Shown one piece after another: positions 37,901 through 48,766 of a stretch of DNA of 64,000 nt (within the stretch, counting starts at the first letter, position 1; each line of letters opens with the position of its first letter). The position numbers and the translations under genes were made by a program. A model generated the notes under the pieces. The model was given only the letters and a program-made list of their open reading frames with translations. It was not told the DNA's origin and ran no database searches. Source of the DNA: a virus (lineage: Duplodnaviria > Caudoviricetes); the IMG/VR virus record IMGVR_UViG_3300037601_000024, positions 8,412-72,411 of that record; one strand, 5' to 3'.

Positions 37901-38365
37901 TTGAAAGTTGTTTTTGATCTGGATGGGACGCTCGCCAACGCTGAGAAGCGGGTAAAGCAATTCCTGACCTGTCCGAAGATGGGGCATCCCCACAAGCGCA
38001 CAGACAAGATCGATTGGGACGCATTCTTCCAAGCTTGCGACCAAGATGAGCCGATTAAGCCAAACCTGACGGTTCTTCACTCGCTCTACGAAGCCGGACA
38101 CCGCGTAGAAATCTGGACGGGTCGATCTGACCTCGTTCGGGAGAAGACAGAGCAATGGCTCCTGATGCACGGTGTACCGCAAGCGGTCGTGGCGTCGATG
38201 AAGATGCGGCCATACACGGATCACCAGCCAGACGACACGCTCAAGGCGTACTGGATGGATATCAGCGGCAAGCCGGACCTCGTCTTTGAAGATCGCGACC
38301 GCGTGGTGGCCATGTACCGCTCTCACGGCGTTGACTGTCACCAAGTCAACGAAGGTGCCTTCTGA
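37901..38365 (+). CDS. HAD-family phosphatase (PNK 3'-phosphatase-like)
   Basis: VVFDLDGTLA, IWTGR, MRP..DHQPD, VFEDR. Confidence 0.88.
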   Translation: MKVVFDLDGTLANAEKRVKQFLTCPKMGHPHKRTDKIDWDAFFQACDQDEPIKPNLTVLHSLYEAGHRVEIWTGRSDLVREKTEQWLLMHGVPQAVVASMKMRPYTDHQPDDTLKAYWMDISGKPDLVFEDRDRVVAMYRSHGVDCHQVNEGAF

Positions 38366-39321
38366 TGCCGCGCCATTCCGACCACAACATGACCCCTGTC
38401 TACGACAGAAACGGCGAGGTTTACGGTTGGATGTGCTCCCGCTGTGGCTCCGGAGCTCTACTGCCAGAGGACGCAGAAGAGATGCACGGATCGCCATGCT
38501 TCCAAGCTCAACCCGCACCCTGGACCAGTGTCGCGCTTGTCGCACTGGCCGTTGCGGTTCTCATCTTCGCCGCAGTCCACGGCGTCACCATGTATTACAA
38601 TTAGGAGACACACATGACCCCAATTTTCGCACACGTTCAGAAGTCTGACGGCACCGTCAAGCAGTTGAACCTCTCGGCCATCATCGAAATGGTGCCAGAC
38701 CACAACGCTGGAACCACAACGCTCTACTTCGCCAACAATTGTCTCAGCAATGGACAAGCGTTCAACGTGGCGCCGTCCGAGATCACCAGTGCGATTGACT
38801 CGCCTGAAAAGGACGATGACGGCTTCGTGGATCTGTTGCCGCCAGAGCCGGAACCGGTCGAAGAGGAAGAGGCTGAAGAGGCCGAGACCGAGGAAGCCGA
38901 TGACTAAGTTCTCGGTTCTCGTCGATGGCGATCTCATGCAGGTGACCGCGAACACGGTCGCGATTGTGCCAGATATCGTGGTGCTCCACCTTCGCCACAA
39001 GCACAGCTTGGAGCAGGATAAAGGGGTGCCGTTCGTAGGACCGCGAGACATCAGAATTGTGGGAGTAGGATAATGGCCATTACACTTGAGATCGATTGCT
39101 TTGGCATGAAGAAGGTCGCTGACGACCACTTCACCCTGGCGCAGAACCGCGAAGAAGTTGAATTCTGGGATGTTACCCTAGTCCGACGAAACGACGAGAC
39201 TGGCGAGATCGAAGAGTTGGAAGACCACTCCGGTTTGTCTGGCGAAGAATCAATGGACAAAGTGGAAGATATCGAGCGGCGCTACCCTGACGCAGAGGTG
39301 AACGATCCCTGGCCGAGCTGA
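38365..39321 (+). CDS. Cluster of four small hypothetical ORFs (38365-38604, 38614-38907, 38900-39073, 39073-39321)
   Basis: Tightly coupled starts/stops with GGAG RBSs. Confidence 0.55.
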
Positions 39322-39406
39322 GCGGCACTTGAATAACCCTATTGTCATTCATTCCTGACTATTTTAAAGTCTTCGTATCGACAGCAAAGATACGGAGACT
39401 TTTTTA

Positions 39407-40837
39407 ATGGCAGATGGAATGAACCTACCAGACCTCGCGTTCCCAATCGATCGCATTGTTGAACAGCGAGAGACGGCAATCGCCAAGTTTGGAGAAGCAA
39501 TTTCGCTTCTTACTCAGGCACACAGCACCGCCGAAGCAGCTATGGAGCTGGTTAGAGACGCTTCATACGCCAACACGCACTACGACGACCGAACCAACTA
39601 TCGCAACGCCGTAGACAATGTCCGATCACCGAACGGCTTTGATCGCGAACTGTCCGCAACCGCGTTCCGGCATTACGCGGACGCATCGATCTGGAACGGA
39701 ATCTTTAATCGCACCGGCATCCTCGACATGATGGATCACCGAGAAAAGAAGAAGTGGCGCGAACAACTATCAACAGAGATCGCCGAGATCACCGCTGAGA
39801 ACATTGAAGCGACCATGACCGGCGTCATCTCAGAAGCTCCATTGATGTTCATGAGAGGACTGGCGAACGCTTTCTCGTCGTTGGATAAGCGGTTTAAATC
39901 GCATGACGCTTTCAAAGTCGGTGACCGCATTATCATCACGCGGCTGTTCGATGAGTGGGGATATATGAACCACGGAAGCTGGGCGGAGAACACTCTGACC
40001 GATATCGAACGATGCTTCGCCAAGCTGGACGGTGTCGCTCCCTCGCCAGGTGATCTTCGACAGGCAATCAATGACAGCCGCACTCCTGGCGCCGGACGAC
40101 AGCAAAGCGAGGTTCAGACGCGGTTCTTTAAGGTTCGCGGCTTCAAGAACGGTAACGCTCATTTGTGGTTCACGCGCGACGATCTGGTGAAGCGGGTCAA
40201 TCTGACACTCGCCGACTATTACGGTGAAGTTCTGCCAGACGCAGCGACAAAAGGCGACGGGTCGCCTTGTACGAGTACAGAGGTAGCCAAAGACCTCCAA
40301 TTCTATCGAACGCCAGACGCATTGGCACAGAGGATTATCGATGATTATCCCGTCCACACTGACGCTCACATTCTGGAGCCAAGCGCCGGTGATGGATCGT
40401 TTGTCATCCCACTTTTGAAGCGCGGCAACACTGTCGAGGCTGTGGAGTATGACCATGATCGCGGCAACAAGATCATTGACCGTGCGCGGGTCGAAGGATT
40501 GTCCGGCTACACAGTGCGCAATGCCAACTTCCTCGAGATGGAGCCGCGAGAAGACTTCGACGCGGTGTATATGAACCCGCCATTCTATGGAACGCATTGG
40601 GTCGACCATGTCGTCCACGCGATGAAGTTCGTACAGCCAGGAGGACGATTGTTCGCGATCCTGCCGGCGACAGCCGAGATCGGTCAGACCGCGCGCCACA
40701 AAAGCTTCCGCCAGTGGATGAAGTCATACGAGGGATGGTATCGCGATCCCTTCATGTCACTGCCGGCCGAAAGCTTCGCAGAGTCGGGAACCCGTGTCGC
40801 TACGGTCCTGCTCCGCCTTGAGAAACCACGAGCATAG
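39407..40837 (+). CDS. DNA methyltransferase (amino-MTase, NPPF) with DUF4942-like N-terminal region
   Basis: FYRTP, ILEPSAGDG (motif I), YMNPPFY (motif IV), FAESGT; FKNGNAHLWF. Confidence 0.85.
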   Translation: MADGMNLPDLAFPIDRIVEQRETAIAKFGEAISLLTQAHSTAEAAMELVRDASYANTHYDDRTNYRNAVDNVRSPNGFDRELSATAFRHYADASIWNGIFNRTGILDMMDHREKKKWREQLSTEIAEITAENIEATMTGVISEAPLMFMRGLANAFSSLDKRFKSHDAFKVGDRIIITRLFDEWGYMNHGSWAENTLTDIERCFAKLDGVAPSPGDLRQAINDSRTPGAGRQQSEVQTRFFKVRGFKNGNAHLWFTRDDLVKRVNLTLADYYGEVLPDAATKGDGSPCTSTEVAKDLQFYRTPDALAQRIIDDYPVHTDAHILEPSAGDGSFVIPLLKRGNTVEAVEYDHDRGNKIIDRARVEGLSGYTVRNANFLEMEPREDFDAVYMNPPFYGTHWVDHVVHAMKFVQPGGRLFAILPATAEIGQTARHKSFRQWMKSYEGWYRDPFMSLPAESFAESGTRVATVLLRLEKPRA

Positions 40838-40846
40838 GAGGCTCCA

Positions 40847-41355
40847 ATGAGTAAGAAGACATTTGCCGTAGATGTACCGGTTTGGGCGACGATCCGAGTG
40901 GAAGCTCGGTCCCACAAGGAAGCAATCCGCAAGGTCGTCGCTGAAGCCAAGTGTTCAGAGCTTCACGTAGAAACCCATGAGTTGACCGGAATGGACCTCT
41001 CTCCCGTAGCAACCATCGCCTGTGATCCTGAAGACTGGATCGGCGTGGCACCAAGATTGGATGACGAAGAATGAACGGATTTGTCGAAAACGCCGAAGAG
41101 AAGGAGGTCATCTCAGTCTCACCACCAGAGCCGAAGCAGCGCTACTTCTTCGCCTTGATCACAGTGATCGAATACAACGATCCCGACGTAGACACCTTCT
41201 GGACGAAGGAAGAGGCAGAAGCCGAAGCCATCAAGTTCTGGAACAAGGTCTATGATCTTGAGATGGAAACCGCCGACGAACTCATGGAAATGGAGATGCG
41301 ATCCGGCGACTTTGTGTGGATTAAGACAATACTTTTGCCTGACACACCCACTTGA
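40847..41355 (+). CDS. Two small hypothetical ORFs (40847-41074, 41071-41355)
   Basis: RBS and ATGA overlap. Confidence 0.55.
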
Positions 41356-41416
41356 CCATCTAACCTCACACTTTTAATTGTCAGTCATTGATTACAATAC
41401 GGAGAGCTAAGCACCC

Positions 41417-41686
41417 ATGAAATATTTCGCAATCATCGCAGTCGCAGCCGCTGGTATCACCATCTTTGGGACGGTTTCCAGTTTTGAAGCCAAGAAAGAC
41501 GATGCGGTTCGCATTCTGGAAGACACCCACAACGTGAAGGTCACGTCGATCGGCTACGCAATGTACGGGTGCGGCGAGGAAGACAACTTCAGCTTCAAAT
41601 GGAAGGGAGTGAACGAAGACGGCAAAGAAGTTCAAGGCAATGCGTGCTCTGGATTTCTCAAAGGCACAACCATCCGGTTCAAATAG
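41417..41686 (+). CDS. Small secreted/membrane-anchored phage protein
   Basis: Signal-like N-terminus; GC...D.F...V.G.AC.G..KG.TIRF. Confidence 0.65.
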   Translation: MKYFAIIAVAAAGITIFGTVSSFEAKKDDAVRILEDTHNVKVTSIGYAMYGCGEEDNFSFKWKGVNEDGKEVQGNACSGFLKGTTIRFK

Positions 41687-41695
41687 GAGGCTTCA

Positions 41696-42088
41696 ATGTC
41701 CAAACCTCACCTCAACAAAGAATCCGCACTGCCGATCATCCGGAAGGCGTATCTCGAAAAGAAACTCCAGGCGCAGAACGTCGAAAATGGCATGCCTAAT
41801 GTTTCTTGCCAGTACCGAGACGGCGAAGGTAACGCGTGTGCGATCGGCCAGCTAATTGATGATGAAACCGCTGCGCGATGGGACAAACCAGACGGTGGCG
41901 AATTTAGCAGCCTAAATATTACTATGGTGATCGAGCGCAACCTCGCCACCGTGGAAGCAGGCGATAAGGATTGGTTTGCAGAAGTGCAGGATGCGCATGA
42001 CGAATGGGTTCAATCTGCACCTGGCGCGACGCCCTGTGGCTCCGACAAAACCTACGAAGAAAAATTCCGGTCATTGATCGGCCTATAA
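41696..42088 (+). CDS. Hypothetical protein
   Basis: CQYR...CAIG.LI...QDAHD pattern; GGAGG RBS. Confidence 0.65.
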   Translation: MSKPHLNKESALPIIRKAYLEKKLQAQNVENGMPNVSCQYRDGEGNACAIGQLIDDETAARWDKPDGGEFSSLNITMVIERNLATVEAGDKDWFAEVQDAHDEWVQSAPGATPCGSDKTYEEKFRSLIGL

Positions 42089-42118
42089 TTGTAAGTCACG
42101 TTTGACTAAAGGAATAAA

Positions 42119-43471
42119 ATGACCACTACCCCCTCCCCCATTGGACCGCAAAACAGCTACGTCCACCCGTCCCTCAATTACATGATCACAGATGTCGACG
42201 TAGAAGGCATTCGGTATCGCGGCGCCGCTCCACTGATGGACAAGTTCATTGAAGCGATCAAGCAAGGCAAATATCTCGTCGGTATGACCTTCTATCGGGA
42301 CTTGGAAATCGACGTGAGATTGCCAATCCGGTTCATTCGAACACTTTGTCTCATCACACAGGATGCCTCACAAGCTTGGGAGTATCGCTACGATACACAG
42401 CTTGGCACTGTCATTGAGTCTATCGCCGATCCGTCCGTGGTCACGCGTGAAACCCAATCCATGCACGTCTCCAACCCCTACGATGAGGTCGCAGTCCTTC
42501 GCCAGGACACGCAAGCGATGCAGCGCCGCACAGACATGATCCTTGAGCTGTCGGAGATCCCCGAAGCGGATACTGCCAAGGTCATTGAACACTGTGAACA
42601 GATTTGGCCAGGTCGATCGATCACCCTCGTTGAGAACCAAGTCATGGTCGGCAAGAAACCGTACAAGGAAGCTGCCAAGCAAGAGCTGTCCGATATCGCC
42701 AGCATCTCAAAGGACATGAACGTGCCGGTCAAAGCACGGCCAACCGGTCCATTCCTTGAAGGCGTAGCGATCTTCGCCGACATGCTCGAACAGCTCAACA
42801 AGATTGCCTACGACGAGAACATGTCTCCGCTGGACAAAGCCAACCTCTGTATGGAGTGGATGGCACGCTCGCGAGTGATCATTGATGATCCACGCTGTCC
42901 GGCGTCCGAAGAGGAAAAGGACGCTCTGAAGGCTGAGTCCGCCGCTATCATGCGTGAGGTACAGGAAAGCCTCAACCAGATGATCCAAGCAGAGATGGCC
43001 GAACCACCGCTCTATGTCGGCTATCCAACTGTCAGCTCTGACATCGAGCCATACTTCTCCATTCCGGCCGGCGGCACTGACCACTATTTCGGACTTGGTA
43101 CCGATCTCAGCATTAATACTGGCTCTATGTTCTCAAGCGTCCGAGATGTTACCGCCGATTGGTTTCTCGATCTCGACCCTGACAACACAGCCGTGCTTGA
43201 ATTCATGGACGCACACGTCACCGGCGAGTTCTACTTTACCAAAGAGATCGACTTTCTTGGCCGTAAACACCGCAAGACTGAAGCGATCATCCCAGTCTAC
43301 TGCACTGATCCAATCCAGCTCGCTCGTGGGGAGTTTCCTGACGACTCAGAGGTGACCGAGGACTTCGTGCCAGGAAGACCGCTGGACTTCGAACCATACG
43401 CAGTTTCGGACGCTCCAGTGACACCTATAGACGATGGACCGCTCTCTTGGCTTACGCGTCTGTTCCGCTAA
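42119..43471 (+). CDS. Hypothetical protein (450 aa)
   Basis: Long ORF after an operator; no motif recognised. Confidence 0.75.
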   Translation: MTTTPSPIGPQNSYVHPSLNYMITDVDVEGIRYRGAAPLMDKFIEAIKQGKYLVGMTFYRDLEIDVRLPIRFIRTLCLITQDASQAWEYRYDTQLGTVIESIADPSVVTRETQSMHVSNPYDEVAVLRQDTQAMQRRTDMILELSEIPEADTAKVIEHCEQIWPGRSITLVENQVMVGKKPYKEAAKQELSDIASISKDMNVPVKARPTGPFLEGVAIFADMLEQLNKIAYDENMSPLDKANLCMEWMARSRVIIDDPRCPASEEEKDALKAESAAIMREVQESLNQMIQAEMAEPPLYVGYPTVSSDIEPYFSIPAGGTDHYFGLGTDLSINTGSMFSSVRDVTADWFLDLDPDNTAVLEFMDAHVTGEFYFTKEIDFLGRKHRKTEAIIPVYCTDPIQLARGEFPDDSEVTEDFVPGRPLDFEPYAVSDAPVTPIDDGPLSWLTRLFR

Positions 43472-43675
43472 TTTAGATTGTAAGTCATTGTTGACTATTG
43501 TATAAGACAGCAACGAAGAAACCCCGGAGAAATCAATGCCTAAATGGCTCCATAACACGATCTGGTTTGTACCAGTCATCACCATTCGAGCGCCGATCGT
43601 AACTCTCGCAATCATCTGTGAGGCGACGGCCGACTTCATCGAAGACTATATCTATCCGCACCTCCCAGGTTTGAA

Positions 43676-43993
43676 ATGAAAGACTTCCTAGAGCGACTGT
43701 ATATGACGGCATCACCGGTTCTGATCAGGATTCCATATGTCCCGATCGAACGACGCGTGAAAGAGAAATGGTGGCGCCCAGCTACCAAGGTTGTCGATTA
43801 CAAACACCCATTTGATCTCTCAGTCGCCGACATGAAGTTCCGGCTAGGTTTGAACAATGACATGTCAGACCTCCGGATGGCTCTCAACAATATGCTCGTG
43901 GCCATTCACAGGCATATCCCCGGAAACGACGGTCAAAGTGAAACCTTAGAGCTTAAACTGACCGATCGTGGCCTAACGTACATAGGACGCTAG
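43676..43993 (+). CDS. Hypothetical protein
   Basis: ORF in cassette. Confidence 0.5.
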   Translation: MKDFLERLYMTASPVLIRIPYVPIERRVKEKWWRPATKVVDYKHPFDLSVADMKFRLGLNNDMSDLRMALNNMLVAIHRHIPGNDGQSETLELKLTDRGLTYIGR

Positions 43994-44043
43994 GCCAATT
44001 GTAAGTCATTATTGACTATCTTACCCCAACCAAGGAAAATGAA

Positions 44044-44676
44044 ATGAAACTCCCAACCCTTGCTCTCGCTGCGCTGGCATGTGCCGCCGTGGCAAACGCC
44101 GATATCTATGCAGGCGGATCACTCGGCACCTGCACCGTGGACCGAAACAACATCGAAGTCGATGGCTGCAAACAATTCGAAGGCATCCTCGGATACGAAT
44201 ACAGCGACAAGATCGATATCGAGGCGCGCTACAACATCCTCGACGGCGACATCACCGGTCTGAACGGCGCATCGAACAGCAAAGGCACCTATGGTCGCAA
44301 AGAGCTGAAACTCGGCGCAACCTACACCTTCAATCCAGAAGACAAATCTAGCTTCTACGCCGGCGCCTTCATTGGTCGTGGCAAGATCGAGTCTGAGTTC
44401 GTTGGCACCGCAGACAAGCACCCCACGATCACCATCTCCGCCGACAGTGAGACGTCTGAATTCCTTTACGGCTTCACCGCTGGTTATGGCTGGTCGGTCA
44501 AGCCAAACGTGTCGGTCTTCGCAGAGACGGCGTACACGTCTTATCTCGATAACGGCATCGACACTCGCTACCACGTTGCAGGCAACGGCGCGACCGGTGA
44601 GCTTCACCCTGGCGGCGTGATGGGAGAAGACCGCTCCTACGACCTGAAAGTGGGTTTCCGCTACCGCTTCGACTAA
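44044..44676 (+). CDS. Outer-membrane beta-barrel protein (porin/OmpA-membrane-domain-like)
   Basis: Signal peptide ...AVANA, amphipathic beta strands, C-terminal YDLKVGFRYRFD. Confidence 0.8.
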   Translation: MKLPTLALAALACAAVANADIYAGGSLGTCTVDRNNIEVDGCKQFEGILGYEYSDKIDIEARYNILDGDITGLNGASNSKGTYGRKELKLGATYTFNPEDKSSFYAGAFIGRGKIESEFVGTADKHPTITISADSETSEFLYGFTAGYGWSVKPNVSVFAETAYTSYLDNGIDTRYHVAGNGATGELHPGGVMGEDRSYDLKVGFRYRFD

Positions 44677-44737
44677 CCCTATTGTAAGTCATCTCTGACT
44701 ATGCTTTATTGAATTCAGCAAGACGGAGATGACTTAC

Positions 44738-45883
44738 ATGAAGTCGTACATCGACACTTTTCGAACCCACACTGGAGAGATCGTGCAAGGCGCGAAGCTT
44801 CGGAAAGCTCTTCGAGCAACCGCCAAGTTCTATCGAGACAACGCGCAGGCAATCTACGACGAAGACTGCTACGCCAGTCACGTCACGCAAGAGACGAAAG
44901 ACAACGCGTTAGCCAAAGGTCTCGCAGCGGCCGAAGAGATCAAGAAAGGCAGAGTAGACAGCTTGGCGGTCGCACAGCGCCTCAACATGGAACTAACCGG
45001 CGAGTGTATCGCTCTACTGGGAGGCGCGTGATGACCAAAGTGATTTTCAAGATCATCGAAGGCTCTGACGTCCAGGCATTCTTTCCGGAACTGGCTGGAG
45101 ACAACAACCCATACACAATGCTCTGCTACGCTCACATTGGACAGCACAGCGCCGCACACGAAGGTTACGTGGTGCAAGGTCGCAACGCTACCCCAAGCGA
45201 GTACAACGCGCTCCTGAACGAACTGGAGAGCGTTGGCTACGACGACCTGAATGTCGTCTACCGCTTCACACGTGACGACTGGCGCAAGCGATACGCTCAA
45301 TGCTTCGAAAAGGTGCCAGCATGAGACTTATCACACTCCCAATCGTCGCGCTCGGAACGTACGTCATCCGCTTTTTTGCTCTGATGCCATTCTTCATCAT
45401 CGAATACAAAATCCGCCTCAGATACAAAAGCGGCCATCGGATAACGGCTTGGTACAACAAATTCGAAATCAAAATGGACAACGGCACGATTAACTACCTT
45501 TCGTGGAACCAAGCGGCAGGAGTCCGAACGCAACTCCAATTTAACACCAGCCAGATCGAAAGCGTCGAGCAGATCGGCATGAGATTAGCGTGGAATGTGA
45601 AATGAGCGGCGAGACCAAGCTTCATATCGTTTGTGCCGCTTGCAGAGTCGGAGACATCATCTTCGCCGGCGCCAGGCATTACGACACTGTGATGCAGACT
45701 CAAATGAAAGCTGTGTACGGCGACCCAGAGACAAACGAATACCCCAAGATGGAACAAGGCTTCATCGACAACACGGGGAAATTCAGAAGTCGCGCCGTCG
45801 CACTGCTGATCTGCCACGATTACGGTCAACCTCTGCTCAATGACAAGCAAACCGGCCACCTTTTCAGTGAGGATTTATACTGA
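44738..45883 (+). CDS. Cluster of four hypothetical ORFs (44738-45031, 45031-45324, 45321-45605, 45602-45883)
   Basis: Coupled starts/stops; last ORF carries a QGFID..G.F.SR...LFSEDLY phage-type motif. Confidence 0.6.
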
Positions 45884-46284
45884 TGGAATGCAAAGTCCCA
45901 GGCATGAGCTGTGACAACATGGAATGCTCGTTCGGCTGCGCCTATGAAGACATCTTTGGTCCGCTGCCAGGATCAGAACAGGAAAGCACCCTATTCGCAG
46001 ATATCCACGGTCGAGAGATTATGGTTGGTGATCGCGTCCGGCTTTCCACCGAAATCAACGTCGAAGTTCATGGCAAGTGGGTCGACTATACGGTAATCAA
46101 AAGACCTGGCGGCTATGCACTGTCCTACCTGATCTCTGAGAAGGGACAAATCCTCCCTGTCGGATACTCAGGCAACTATATGCCGGACATCGCACTAGGT
46201 GGCGGAAACACAGACTTGAAGCATCTTCTGCATGTCTGTCACCTGCCAGAGGTGTGCGAACTTTTCGAGGTGATAAACGAATGA
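45883..46284 (+). CDS. YopX-like protein
   Basis: D.HGREIMVGDRV motif resembling YopX D.NG.EIYEGD. Confidence 0.5.
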   Translation: MECKVPGMSCDNMECSFGCAYEDIFGPLPGSEQESTLFADIHGREIMVGDRVRLSTEINVEVHGKWVDYTVIKRPGGYALSYLISEKGQILPVGYSGNYMPDIALGGGNTDLKHLLHVCHLPEVCELFEVINE

Positions 46285-46464
46285 GTTGGCACTACGTCCG
46301 CATGAAGCATCTGTTTAGAACTGGTGAGTACATCCCAATGATGTCAGATCGAGGGACGTTCTAGTGCACGAAATCATCCCGCACATCACGACAACAAACC
46401 AAGCGATCGCGGCAATCGTGATCACGGTCCTATTCCTAGGACTGGCGTACATGGCAATTGATGG

Positions 46465-47428
46465 ATGGTACGATTAATGACCCAAAAACAATGGTATGAC
46501 TCGACAGGCTACGCTCAAGGTCAAAGAGGAACGATCGAGCCAACGTGCTGGAGCTTGGAAATCTCTCGCAACGCCACACTGACGGTGACAAAGGGACATA
46601 TCTACTTTCCGGACGAGTGGATCACCCATTTCCATCCGTTCTATGAGAAGCGCCGCCTGAACATGCCGGCGAAAGACTTCACGAAGGAAGAGGCGCAGAA
46701 AGCAGCGCTCGACCTGGCAGAGAAATACGCCTCGCAGGTCTACATCACGATCAGAGAGGCGGCTAAGACATAACCGATGTTTGAAGGCTTAAAGATCGTC
46801 ACCGATGAAGAACTTCGCCAAACGAACTACGTTTGGTTTCACTTCCAATACCGGGAAGGCGACCTTATAGAAGCTGAAGGCATCACACTCACCGGCGAGC
46901 TTCACATACTGGACTATCAGGAATGACAGACGAAACCTACCCAACCGATCTCCAGAAGGCAGTCACCAAACACTTCAGACAGCCTCCCACAGCCGAAGAC
47001 TTCCGGAAGTGTGGCTTCACCACAGAAGCAATCAACTACCCACTCACAGAGCGCGGTGTCGCCGCTCTAGCGTACATCAATGGCCTCTCCTACGAACAGT
47101 ATGTGAAGATCAGTCCGGCAGTCTTCTTCGCGCCAAACAAGTACATGCAGGAACTCACTGAGAAACGTGGCGAGGCACACGCAGAAGGGCGCCTGATCAA
47201 AGACTCATCTGGACGATGGGTGATCGAGGAAGAGGACTAGAGGCTATGGACATCAAAGTAAGCATCGAAGAGTTGGCTGTGATCGTAGCAGCACGACGAA
47301 ACCCAGACCTGTTTGATCCCGATCGAAACGTCAGAGTTGAAGCTGCCGGTGATGAAGAGATTGGCTACGTACAGAAGCGTCTAATCAATGAGGCTAGAGA
47401 GTTCATCCTGTCTCCGGCAGAGATATAG
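46465..47428 (+). CDS. Cluster of small hypothetical ORFs (46465-46773, 46923-47240, 47246-47428)
   Basis: ORF track and RBSs. Confidence 0.5.
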
Positions 47429-47429
47429 A

Positions 47430-48300
47430 CACTCCCTCTTTTCTTATCGTTTATCGATAATAGAACACCCACTATGTAACACACCCTAAGTGTTCTATAA
47501 GTAGTATGCAATTCCCACGATAAAATAGTACCGGTCTTTCGCCGCGCGGCACATACGTCATACACACGTATATAGGTCGATCCCAAATCAGTAACGATTG
47601 AAGCTCCTGGCGATACATAAGGAATTACCAGAAGAACCAGCTATTTTGCCTGTGAATCAATTAGAGTCACAACGAATCTAGAGACAGATATGGCTATAAA
47701 GGATCACTAGTGCTGACCGGTTTTGTAGACGTATCACAAAGCAGCTCAGATTGACTCAGGAGAGACGTGGGAGAGCTTAGTGGTAGGTAGGTGACCTATA
47801 GAGGTAAAACGCGCTGTATGAGCTTCTAAGAGGTTAGCTGTTTTGGGTGGATATGAGGTATGTAAGATAAAGGAAGCAGGAAAGCCGGAAATAAAAAATT
47901 CCGCGCCAAGCCAAACAATTCGTCAAGCGGCTAATTTCCTTCCCTTCGCACCTGCTCCCTCACACTAATCTGCCTTCACCTGGTGACTGAGCTCACGGCT
48001 CCAGGATACCAGCAAACACCGGCTATCCAGCGGTCCCATGGGATCGGCTATACAAGAGAATGGCTCCCCTCCCCTATATAATAATCGGCTAGCTTTAGCC
48101 TTGCCGCTGGAAAGCCGAAGCCACGGGTTCGGATCGCCTTGGCTGACCTCCTGAGTATCCCACGGCAATTTTGTGCCAATATACAGAGCCATGGCGCAAT
48201 TTTATTCTTGCCATACCGTGGCATCGTTAGTGGCTTCTTCCGTTCCCGAGTGATTTCACGCAAAAATTTGCTACATTGTATGTGTCGCGACAGCAAGCGC
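47430..48300. other. Long non-coding region with purine-skewed tract, repeats and nested inverted repeats
   Basis: About 870 bp without a credible ORF. Confidence 0.6.
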
Positions 48301-48316
48301 GACGTTGTTTGACAAT
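48284..48316 (+). promoter_or_regulatory. Leader hairpin (ACAGCAAG loop) + boxA-like motif, copy A
   Basis: GTCGCG-ACAGCAAG-CGCGAC then TGTTTGACAAT; downstream of a TGCTACATT extended -10. Confidence 0.65.
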
Positions 48317-48330
48317 CTACGGAGGTGCCT

Positions 48331-48726
48331 ATGGCACATGTATTCTATCGTGAGAACGGTGAGCCGTTCACTCTTTCGCCGATCGAAGTGGTCGCCGAGC
48401 CAATCGCAGAAGATTTCTACGAGCTGCTCGAAGACTTCGGCGCCAAGTGCGACGAAATTCTTGAAGAGGGAGATGAGTAATGGCTAGAGCTGTTTTGATC
48501 GATGTGGACGCGGACGGGAACGAGCAAGAGCTGGTCACCGTCGAGGTTCCGAAGGGACTTGAGACATTCGAAGAGTTTCACGAATGGCTCGATAAGACAC
48601 TCTTCAGCGAGGAACCTGCCGATGCTTGAAGCCGTCATTGAATTCGCCGGTTACGCTGCAATGGTCGCAGCCTATCTCGCTAAATGGTTCTTGATCGCTC
48701 TCCTGGCGATCGCGTTCACCAAGTAA
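48331..48726 (+). CDS. Three tiny ORFs (48331-48480 acidic, 48480-48629 acidic, 48622-48726 single TM)
   Basis: Translated by hand; GGAGG RBS; TAATG and overlap coupling; terminator follows. Confidence 0.6.
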
Positions 48727-48737
48727 CTCCACCGAGG

Positions 48738-48766
48738 AAGCCAGGTTTCACGGCCTGGCTTTTCTC
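48738..48766 (+). terminator. Intrinsic terminator
   Basis: AAGCCAGG / CCTGGCTT + TTCT. Confidence 0.65.

Noticed and set aside
38318-38365. HAD phosphatase ending QVNEGAF as another tagged protein
   Set aside because: It lacks ER at -15/-14 and Y at -10, and a V..G.F ending is, to my recollection, typical of this phosphatase family; not counted.
37613-38545. 310-aa minus-strand ORF (also 4828-5394, 39830-40699, 58255-58989 and similar long alternates)
   Set aside because: Shadow frames overlapping well-supported genes, with no RBS or motif; explained by codon bias and low-complexity sequence.
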